IMG/VR virus record: IMGVR_UViG_3300025389_000010
Location: 161,757-225,756 of that record
Reading direction: 5' to 3' (one strand)
Origin: a virus
Lineage: Duplodnaviria; Caudoviricetes
DNA length: 64,000 nt
This document shows, in pieces, positions 56,934 to 64,000 of this stretch. The notes below the pieces were generated by a model that was not told where the DNA came from, made no database searches, and worked only from the letters and a program-made list of their open reading frames with translations. How positions within the stretch are numbered: the stretch's first letter is position 1; each line of letters begins with the position of its first letter. Both the position numbers and the translations under genes were made by a program.

Positions 56934-57114
56934 ATTATTTAATTGTTTTCATAACGTAACACCACATGACTTGAATAACATTTGCCATTGTATTCAAATT
57001 CATAAACATCCTGACCAAAAAGATCTTCACTGATGTTTACAAATATGGTTTTAGAAACGGGTATCCATTCCTGTTCAACCATGACATGTGGTGTTTTTTC
57101 CATTATTTTATAAC

Positions 57115-57471
57115 TTAATTCTCCACATCAAAGTTTACCTTAAAACCGCCGGTCTTGCGATACTCATCGTTCTTCTCTCCACTCTGGAACCAAGAAGTCT
57201 CTCCCTTCTCACAGGAATTGGCATACTCTGTCCACTTGACATTATCTACCATCTTGTCGAGTTCATCTGCCATATCACTATCAAGATCATAAGGGATACC
57301 ATCCCAGCGACAATTATTAATAAACCCTTGGATATACTTCAAAAACTCCTCTTCAGAATCTCCTGTATAAGGATTATCCTCTAGGTTTTTAAATGCCTCT
57401 GGATCAAGTTCTGCAACCTCGGTTGCTTGCCACAGGGTTATCTCTTCGACTTTGCGTATTTGGTATTTCAT
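57115..57471 (-). CDS. Hypothetical protein
   Basis: 118 aa; TTGACA-17-TAGAAT upstream. Confidence 0.65.
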   Translation of the reverse strand: MKYQIRKVEEITLWQATEVAELDPEAFKNLEDNPYTGDSEEEFLKYIQGFINNCRWDGIPYDLDSDMADELDKMVDNVKWTEYANSCEKGETSWFQSGEKNDEYRKTGGFKVNFDVEN

Positions 57472-57512
57472 AATTGAAAGTATATTCTATTAGATAATTG
57501 ATAATATGTCAA

Positions 57513-57839
57513 TCAAGATTCAACGAAAAAGATTCCAGCAAGAACAAGAATAATACCTATCATTTGATTTAGATTCAAATGTTCCGCAAAGATATATCTA
57601 CTGGCAACAGCTACCATGAGAACATTGACTGCGATGAATACAACCAAACCCTTGGTGAGTTCATGGTACTTTAAAGATATGGCCCAACAACCAGAACCTA
57701 GAATGTAAATGATATAACCCAAATGCCTATATATTTCTTTATTAACAACTGTGGCATATCTAAATGCCACATCACCAACACTTTCCAAAAAAGTTCCAAG
57801 AACAATAAAGATCCAAAATAGTATATATTGTTTGTTCAT
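57513..57839 (-). CDS. SMR/DMT-family small membrane transporter
   Basis: 108 aa, four TM helices, Glu in TM1 (FLESVG), C-terminal GIILVLAG. Confidence 0.7.
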   Translation of the reverse strand: MNKQYILFWIFIVLGTFLESVGDVAFRYATVVNKEIYRHLGYIIYILGSGCWAISLKYHELTKGLVVFIAVNVLMVAVASRYIFAEHLNLNQMIGIILVLAGIFFVES

Positions 57840-58150
57840 ATTTTTGTAACACCTTCTCCGACAAAAATATAAAAATAATCATTCTTTTCTTCTTTAATAC
57901 ACCTAATCATATTCTTAGGAAGGATTTCAATTACATTAAAAGATGAACAATCTCTCTGAACAATATCTCCTTTTAGGATTTGTTTACCTACTTTATCGTA
58001 TGCTTCTACTTTCATAAATATGTCATTAAGTTTTTAATCAATCTATAACCTACATAAATACCAAGAAGCAATATAAACCCAAACAAAACTAAATCTGGAT
58101 CACAATTATGTGCTACGCAAAACCTATCATATGGTTCCATGTTCATATTT

Positions 58151-58309
58151 TTACCAGTGTCGAATTACACCTGCTATTATAAAGAAGTTTGTAATAATGT
58201 AAACTAAAACAATTAATGTACGGATAAAAGCAATCGTATCTGCTTCTTTATTATGTCTACCGGCTTTGTCACCCAAAGCTTTTGCCCATAATCTCCAAAT
58301 ATTGTTCAT
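58151..58309 (-). CDS. Small conserved T4-like phage membrane protein (52 aa, not in the ORF track)
   Basis: WRLWAKALG.KA...EAD.IA.IRT...ITNFFIIAGVIRHW. Confidence 0.7.
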   Translation of the reverse strand: MNNIWRLWAKALGDKAGRHNKEADTIAFIRTLIVLVYIITNFFIIAGVIRHW

Positions 58310-58611
58310 TACTTTATGATAGGTTTATTCGTTCCAAGATCTTCTGCTACATAAGGACAGTGCATCTTGATATTTCTTTCAGAAGGATATTCCTTAAAGG
58401 TTACATAACTATCAGTGCCCCAAGGATATCCCGTTGAATAATAAACCTGTTGAACTTGACCATAAACATCAAGTCTTTGAATCTTATAGTAATGGGTTGG
58501 ATCAGATTCTGCTATACATCCTCCAATAAACAATGGTATAAGAGTAATACCAAACATGCAAAGCACAACTGACCATCCAAACAAAAATGTTTTAAATTTA
58601 TTATTCACCAA
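58309..58611 (-). CDS. Membrane-anchored hypothetical protein
   Basis: N-terminal TM helix. Confidence 0.6.
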   Translation of the reverse strand: MVNNKFKTFLFGWSVVLCMFGITLIPLFIGGCIAESDPTHYYKIQRLDVYGQVQQVYYSTGYPWGTDSYVTFKEYPSERNIKMHCPYVAEDLGTNKPIIK

Positions 58612-58787
58612 ATTAATAGGTAGAAGTTTTAGCGGCTGTGAACAACCGACTTGCCTACAACGCTCTTACCATCAGATACTTTTGTAGTATGATGAGCACA
58701 TCCGTTTAAACAAGTGATTGCGATAGCGATTAAGATTATATTTTTCATATAAAAATATATTATCATAGGAATAATACTTTTCAAGTA

Positions 58788-59039
58788 TTATTTCTTTTTC
58801 TTCCAGCTTATTTTCTTTGAACCTTTTTTAAGTCTTTTCCTACTATTACACATGGACATGGTAGGACGGCATGCGGGATATCCTTTACGCTTCTCACCTT
58901 CTTGTCTACCACAAGGTTTGCCTGTTTTACAATCTACCCAACCCTTTCCATGATTACGGGAAAACCACCCGTGAAGACCTTGCTTCTTTTCCTTCTCGAA
59001 TCCTTCCAGTAAAACATTTACAAGGGTATCAAATTTCAT
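58788..59039 (-). CDS. Small Cys-containing basic virion-like protein
   Basis: Leader MKFDTLVNVLLEG; L..WF...WVDC..G.PCGR...YPACRP, as in small T4-like/cyanophage proteins. Confidence 0.7.
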   Translation of the reverse strand: MKFDTLVNVLLEGFEKEKKQGLHGWFSRNHGKGWVDCKTGKPCGRQEGEKRKGYPACRPTMSMCNSRKRLKKGSKKISWKKKK

Positions 59040-59197
59040 TTCTTTTTCCAGATTTTATCTTGACGACACTTTACAACGGCACCCGATTTATATGCCGATG
59101 TTTTCTTACCATAAACACTGTCTGCTTTACGAAGACAACGATCACGTTTTACTTTCTTTTCTGAAAGTATTTGCATTACAGCTACATCAAATTTCAT
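59036..59197 (-). CDS. Small basic virion-like protein (53 aa, not in the ORF track)
   Basis: MKFDVAVMQILSE...DRC..K...Y...SAYKSGAVVKCR; ATGA overlap. Confidence 0.7.
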   Translation of the reverse strand: MKFDVAVMQILSEKKVKRDRCLRKADSVYGKKTSAYKSGAVVKCRQDKIWKKK

Positions 59198-59238
59198 AAT
59201 ACTACTTACATTTTTAAGTAATATTTTATATTAAATTA

Positions 59239-59457
59239 TTAACCGTACCATTCTCTATCTGGCAAAGATTCTGCACTCACTTTACAATCTGGTCCTTTAT
59301 ATGGAACATAAGGAATGTCTTTTCCAAAATGAGGATCAATATTTGGAGGTGCTGGAACAGTTGGAAGAGTTCTCCAAATGTTTTGATTCTTTATAATCTC
59401 TTCATTCTGCTTTACAATCATTTCAAGCAGTTCAATAATCTTTTCTTCTTTCTTCAT
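59239..59457 (-). CDS. Hypothetical protein
   Basis: Start refined to MKKEEK. Confidence 0.5.
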   Translation of the reverse strand: MKKEEKIIELLEMIVKQNEEIIKNQNIWRTLPTVPAPPNIDPHFGKDIPYVPYKGPDCKVSAESLPDREWYG

Positions 59458-59458
59458 A

Positions 59459-59764
59459 TTAATCTCTAGGATCAGTCCAACTCTGAACAAGGTAAGGTGT
59501 ATTGAGAATCATTTCAACAAAAGCTTTTCCTTTTTCAGTGAGTGTGAGTTGATCAGCATCAGAATCATGTTCAGCAAATCTTACTAAGATATGATCTTTT
59601 AGTAATTGACTAGCAGCATCATATTCTGCCTTATTCCATCTGTTGATCATATACCTTGGCATATAGTGAGCTTTGAGTAGAATTTCAATCTTTAATGGAC
59701 TGTGTAGGTTTCTTGTGATCATATTAGTCTTTGTTGAAGTCATTAAAGATAGCTTTCCATTCAT
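59459..59764 (-). CDS. Hypothetical protein (winged-helix-like, tentative)
   Basis: L...LT.KG..F pattern; start uncertain. Confidence 0.5.
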   Translation of the reverse strand: MNGKLSLMTSTKTNMITRNLHSPLKIEILLKAHYMPRYMINRWNKAEYDAASQLLKDHILVRFAEHDSDADQLTLTEKGKAFVEMILNTPYLVQSWTDPRD

Positions 59765-60029
59765 TTAGGATATACTCTCTAATTGGATTGTCTTGGTACA
59801 TTACATCTATATCTTTTACAATTCTATCAAAGCTCTTTACTAATTGCTCTCCTCTTTTCTTATAGAGATTTGCAACATCCTCCCAATCAATATATTCATT
59901 TGGTACTGAAATGACCATATCTTTATTACAATGAACACAAGTGCAATGAACTCTCTGACCTATAACAGAAGCAAACTCTAAAGTGTCTTCATTGAGAAAT
60001 GGATTAGCAAAGATTGTTTTATGTTTCAT
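59724..60029 (-). CDS. Hypothetical protein
   Basis: CxCxxC motif. Confidence 0.55.
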   Translation of the reverse strand: MKHKTIFANPFLNEDTLEFASVIGQRVHCTCVHCNKDMVISVPNEYIDWEDVANLYKKRGEQLVKSFDRIVKDIDVMYQDNPIREYILNEWKAIFNDFNKD

Positions 60030-60030
60030 A

Positions 60031-60309
60031 TTATTTTACAGCCTTCTCTGTTGTCTCATTATAAGCAAATTTTTCCATCTGCTTAATATATCTCAAAGCT
60101 GTCTGATGTCTAGTCTCATTTTCAAAACAACTAGAAACATTAAAAAGTAACTCATGGTAAAGCTCGGAAAGTTTTTCATACTTCTTTCTATTAACAACAC
60201 CATCAAATGCTTCTACATTATGCATCTCCATCCAAATGTATAGGACTTTAGCAGCAGCAATGATCTCTGGTGGAACGTCTGTTACTGGTAGATAGATGTC
60301 ATTGTTCAT
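60031..60309 (-). CDS. Hypothetical protein
   Basis: 92 aa in the operon. Confidence 0.55.
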   Translation of the reverse strand: MNNDIYLPVTDVPPEIIAAAKVLYIWMEMHNVEAFDGVVNRKKYEKLSELYHELLFNVSSCFENETRHQTALRYIKQMEKFAYNETTEKAVK

Positions 60310-60310
60310 A

Positions 60311-60688
60311 TTAAACTACTGCTGATTGTTGTACTTCAAATCCTGTATCATAATCTTGTATAATAGTTGTAATCTGATTCTTATAATAATTCAAATTATA
60401 TACAACATCTTCAAAGTATCTAATAGGATTTTGGGTTTCATTTTTATTGAAATTTACTTTAAACATAGGCCAAGGAAGAGGTCCATTGTGATTAACAGCA
60501 TCTGTAATTGCATCAACTCCATCCTTGTCTGTTTGAAGCAAAGCATAACAAGCTAATAGATCCTTCTGTTCAATAGGTAACTTTCTTAGTTGTTCCTTTA
60601 CTGGATAGTTGGTTACATTCTCAACAAGAGACATTCTAATAGAGTTATTCTTTAACAACTCTACATTTACATTCTTTGGTGTTTTCAT
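60311..60688 (-). CDS. Hypothetical protein
   Basis: 125 aa in the operon. Confidence 0.6.
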   Translation of the reverse strand: MKTPKNVNVELLKNNSIRMSLVENVTNYPVKEQLRKLPIEQKDLLACYALLQTDKDGVDAITDAVNHNGPLPWPMFKVNFNKNETQNPIRYFEDVVYNLNYYKNQITTIIQDYDTGFEVQQSAVV

Positions 60689-60689
60689 A

Positions 60690-61079
60690 TTATTTCAAAA
60701 GTTCTGGGTTCTCAAAAATATTGCCAATCACTTCAATCGATTGTTTAACCCAATTCTCACAGCCAATACTGAAACCAGCAAATCTGTCACTGTAGACAAC
60801 ACTTGCTTTTATTTCATCCCAATGATTGTAATCTGTATCTTTATACAAACCTTCTACAATATCTCCTTCATAGATCTCTTTTCCATTCTTATCTTTCATT
60901 CCAGTATATTGCTGAACAGTAATGTTTCTAATACCAGATACAAGAACATCTCCACCTTCCTTTTGTCTTTCATGGCAATAGACAGTACCATTCCAACAAA
61001 TATGTGGATCAGCATTAGAATCTTCAATGAACTTTTTTAGATCATGATCCCAAACTCTGAATTTGATTTCTCTTTGCAT
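60690..61079 (-). CDS. yopX: YopX-family phage protein
   Basis: REIKFRVWD...QQYTGMKDKNGKEIYEGDIV...EVIGNIFENPELL. Confidence 0.9.
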   Translation of the reverse strand: MQREIKFRVWDHDLKKFIEDSNADPHICWNGTVYCHERQKEGGDVLVSGIRNITVQQYTGMKDKNGKEIYEGDIVEGLYKDTDYNHWDEIKASVVYSDRFAGFSIGCENWVKQSIEVIGNIFENPELLK

Positions 61080-61497
61080 ATTTCTCCTTTGTTCTATCAA
61101 AAGCATTATTATACACTACCTCAATAGGATTACCATCACATCCTAGATACTTTCCATTCTCATCAAAGAGCTTATGGAACTCATCAATGATCATCTCATT
61201 AAGATAAACATCCCTTGCATAAACTTTGCCATATTTACAATCATGTTTCCAAAGAGAATTCTCTACACTACAGCATCCTTCCTCTCCACAGCTCTCACAA
61301 ACTGGACAATAAGGGCTTTCATAAGAGCTCTCTTCAATGTCAATGCCATCTTCTTCAAAGACATCAACAATTCTTGTATTTTGTTCTGGATAATGTTCCT
61401 TAATAGCCTTTTCAGCATCTTCATATGAATTATACTCAATACCATCTATAAAGCTCCAGAAATTACTAAAGTATCTTTGAATTCTATAATGCTTCAT
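61042..61497 (-). CDS. Hypothetical protein with a Cys cluster
   Basis: CPVCESCGEEGCC. Confidence 0.6.
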   Translation of the reverse strand: MKHYRIQRYFSNFWSFIDGIEYNSYEDAEKAIKEHYPEQNTRIVDVFEEDGIDIEESSYESPYCPVCESCGEEGCCSVENSLWKHDCKYGKVYARDVYLNEMIIDEFHKLFDENGKYLGCDGNPIEVVYNNAFDRTKEKYAKRNQIQSLGS

Positions 61498-61768
61498 ATT
61501 ACTTTGAATATTTGCCTAATGCATAGCCTAGAAAATAAGCAAACAAAACAGACATTAAAACTGCTATATTGTGATCTAGTGTTATGTTCATATCAATTAA
61601 AATAATTCTGTGCTCCAAACAAACTATACACCCAATGATAATATGGTGTAAAAAACTTTACAAGCCAAAATACTGCACCAAAGATAAATGGAACAACTAA
61701 AGCAATCATTACAAAGATTGCAATTGCATTTATTGCTACTAATAGATTTTCAATTGTCTTTGTGTTCA

Positions 61769-62338
61769 TTAGTGCTTAATAATATACCAAACTACTCCCA
61801 AGTCAAATATAAACAATCCAAGAACCATAATATGTAGAGCAATGAGAAGAGTTCTGATTTTTGGAATAATAATATATTCAATATGATTGATCTCAGCAAA
61901 TCTATTGTGATTCTGCTTATTAAGTTCCTCAATCTTCTTTCCTTGTTCAAAGGTAAGATTGATTGTACTATGCAAAGTCTCTCTTGTCTCAGTAATGTTA
62001 TTAGTATTCTGCTCAATATCATATTCAGCATGTTTCTTAAATGCTCTAAAATCATCCTTTAACTTACCTATACTTTCATCTGTAGCATTTTGCGAATGTA
62101 CAATACTAGTTGCCAAAGTCTGAAGTGACTCTTCTAGTCCTTCTACATTTCTTTGAGGAATAGAAGCGGCGGTAATAGTACCCATCCAACCATTACCAAT
62201 AGTCTTCATTTCTTTTTCACAAAATTCACAATAGTTTGGAATTAAGTTTACTGGATATTCAAGAACATCATCACACTCGACCAATGCAATAAAATCTCTG
62301 TGACATTCGGCACATTCTGTACTGATTTCTTTTTTCAT
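61769..62338 (-). CDS. Zn-ribbon, coiled-coil, C-terminal TM protein
   Basis: CAEC...CEFC; heptads; hydrophobic tail. Confidence 0.6.
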   Translation of the reverse strand: MKKEISTECAECHRDFIALVECDDVLEYPVNLIPNYCEFCEKEMKTIGNGWMGTITAASIPQRNVEGLEESLQTLATSIVHSQNATDESIGKLKDDFRAFKKHAEYDIEQNTNNITETRETLHSTINLTFEQGKKIEELNKQNHNRFAEINHIEYIIIPKIRTLLIALHIMVLGLFIFDLGVVWYIIKH

Positions 62339-62577
62339 TTAAATAAGTTTTAAGATTGGATGGTCAATGAAATCATTAATATCATTCTCATATTTTTCAC
62401 TAATAGTAAGAATAGCATTTACCATCTCTTGCCATTGTTTACAGTCGGCAGACGCATCAAGAATACCAAGAATCTTTTGTGCTACTTCTTCAGCTTTAAT
62501 TGTGTTTTGATCTTTCATATTATTGATTTTTTATTATTAGTTAAAGTGTCGCTTTAACTAAAGCAGATAATTCAATA

Positions 62578-63234
62578 TTACCAACCCTCCTCTTTCTTTC
62601 TTGGTGCTGTTACCCATACACCAATGTTTTTATACCATTCAGATGGATCATCAGGAAGTCGATAACCAAGTTCATATTTGTCACCTTTAGGTAAAGATTT
62701 CCATTTCTTATCAATAAGATCATAACATTCTTGATACTTCTTTTCTTCAAACCATTTTTCAAGTTTTTCTTGTAAACTACTTGGAGCTTTGAAGAACTTT
62801 CTAGTACTAAATCCTTCCACAACTGGATTAGGAACATCTGAATAAGCTCCCCAAGTAGTATCAAAGTCTCGACCAGATCCAGCATATCCATCGTTTCTCT
62901 CATATGCCATATACTGTCTAAGAGTCTTCCAGATCATATAGGCTTCCTCTCCACCAAAACCATACTGACCAACTCCCCATGCGGCATTAGGAGAACCAAG
63001 ATCTTTGAAATATACCTTTCTGATCATAGCCTCAATGTCCTTATTGTCATTGAAGTGATCGTAGTTCTCATCCTTGAGCATTTTGGTTTGCTTATCAGCA
63101 TAACACTCATCAAGTGCCATAGTGATCTGACCGCTACGCATCCTCATAAAAATCTCCAGAGAACGACACAATACTGGCAAATGTCTTTCATCGAAAGTAA
63201 CAGTTACTTTCTTATGTTCTTTTTTCTTAGGCAT
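62578..63234 (-). CDS. Hypothetical protein
   Basis: 218 aa; TTGAAG-17-TAGACT-6 nt-ATG. Confidence 0.7.
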   Translation of the reverse strand: MPKKKEHKKVTVTFDERHLPVLCRSLEIFMRMRSGQITMALDECYADKQTKMLKDENYDHFNDNKDIEAMIRKVYFKDLGSPNAAWGVGQYGFGGEEAYMIWKTLRQYMAYERNDGYAGSGRDFDTTWGAYSDVPNPVVEGFSTRKFFKAPSSLQEKLEKWFEEKKYQECYDLIDKKWKSLPKGDKYELGYRLPDDPSEWYKNIGVWVTAPRKKEEGW

Positions 63235-63265
63235 GGTTGTAGTCTATATGAATCTTTAGGACACT

Positions 63266-63445
63266 TCAAGATAAAAATGCAATCTGTGTTGCAGATCCAA
63301 TATGTCCAAGCTTGATATTCATTTTATCTTTGAGAATATTTTTAGCTGTTTTAATATCTGGTGCTAACACTAGGATTGCTCCGATATTTGTTCTGCTACC
63401 CAACCAACCATTTCCATATTTTAACTTGAATAGCTTATTTTTCAT
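63266..63445 (-). CDS. Small hypothetical protein (59 aa, not in the ORF track)
   Basis: MKNKLFKLKYGNGW...; starts at the cassette ATG. Confidence 0.55.
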   Translation of the reverse strand: MKNKLFKLKYGNGWLGSRTNIGAILVLAPDIKTAKNILKDKMNIKLGHIGSATQIAFLS

Positions 63446-63476
63446 AATCTTATTCTATATGCTCTAGGAGGAGGTG

Positions 63477-63695
63477 TCAAGCTCTTTTATAACCAGCTTT
63501 TTCTATAATTAGATTTAACTTTGCAACAGCTAGTTTTGATTCTTTACACCAATTCTGATTGATTTCATCACTCATAGTATCTGCCAAAGTAATGGCTTCA
63601 TTTAAAAGCTTTTCTAGCTCTTGGTTCTCTTTGTAAAGCCTTTCATATTGCTCTGGAGAAATGTAATAATAATGTTCTTTTACTTCTTCATTCAT
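63477..63695 (-). CDS. Small coiled-coil protein
   Basis: 72 aa; starts at the cassette ATG. Confidence 0.65.
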   Translation of the reverse strand: MNEEVKEHYYYISPEQYERLYKENQELEKLLNEAITLADTMSDEINQNWCKESKLAVAKLNLIIEKAGYKRA

Positions 63696-63713
63696 AATCT
63701 TATTCTATATGCT

Positions 63714-63893
63714 TTAGGAGGAGGTGTCAAACCCAATTAAAGGATCAAGAGCTTTTAATTGATCAAACAGTTCATTAAACCTAATTGATATAGTTTCATC
63801 TTTTGCAGTAAAGGGTTCTAATGTTTCAGCAAATTCATATGCAATGTTTAATGCAGCATTTAATTTTTCTTTGAGAATATCTTCTTCATTCAT
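63714..63893 (-). CDS. Small hypothetical protein (59 aa, not in the ORF track)
   Basis: MNEEDILKEKL...; stop codon lies inside the next cassette. Confidence 0.55.
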   Translation of the reverse strand: MNEEDILKEKLNAALNIAYEFAETLEPFTAKDETISIRFNELFDQLKALDPLIGFDTSS

Positions 63894-64000
63894 AATCTTA
63901 TTCTATATGCTTTAAGAGGAGGTGTCAAGAAGTTAATTTGCAAAGAGTAGCATTAATAATAGCATCAGCAATCTTTTCAGCAGCTTCTGTGTTTGGATAC

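Larger units (their letters stand above)
63441..63928 (-). promoter_or_regulatory. Three near-identical 40-bp promoter/start cassettes (63441-63480, 63691-63730, 63889-63928)
   Basis: TTGACACCTCCTC(C/T)TA(G/A)AGCATATAGAATAAGATTATGAA; -35 TTGACA, 17 bp, -10 TAGAAT, 6 nt, ATG. Confidence 0.9.

Noticed and set aside
1-64000. Stop-codon reassignment (alternative genetic code)
   Set aside because: Long genes are intact in the standard code, and TAG, TGA and TAA all end well-formed genes
1-64000. Eukaryotic giant virus or cellular chromosome origin
   Set aside because: tmRNA, sigma70 promoters, intrinsic terminators, rIIA/rIIB, YopX and T4-type late motifs, with no housekeeping operons, indicate a bacteriophage

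Overview
This 64 kb window is part of a large lytic tailed phage genome (jumbo or T4-superfamily-like myophage); the host cannot be identified from the sequence. It has three zones. (1) 1-29146 is AT-rich and looks late/structural, with TATAAATA/TAAGTA late-promoter-like motifs. It encodes a 3337-aa S53 protease/Thr-rich stalk/LamG protein, a LamG fibre-like protein, a metallophosphoesterase, a tmRNA with a 34-residue tag, a pol-beta nucleotidyltransferase, a metallopeptidase-vWA-MoxR AAA+ trio and a NUMOD4-HNH endonuclease. (2) About 29150-49000 is markedly more GC-rich (sampled lines about 47-52% GC versus 17-37% outside) and almost entirely minus-strand. It holds sigma70-driven small genes (RHH regulator, GP88-like protein, HhH-GPD glycosylase, DUF1281, rIIA/rIIB) and five tRNAs. 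It is punctuated by 12 copies of a GATTTGTAAAACAAAG element (7 as 42-bp palindromes with an invariant 10-bp spacer), GAAA-loop terminators and a non-coding repeat block of about 0.9 kb. (3) 49600-64000 is AT-rich again, with a 1833-aa seven-module protein, small virion-like proteins, an SMR transporter, YopX and three near-identical leaderless promoter cassettes. The best candidates for something new are the palindrome/terminator/promoter cassette network with an adjacent RHH protein, a long-variable-arm tRNA with a UAU anticodon, the putative protease-processed polyprotein and shared capsid-targeting-like leaders, and the S53 protease on a mucin-like stalk. All family assignments come from motif recognition by eye; no database searches were run.
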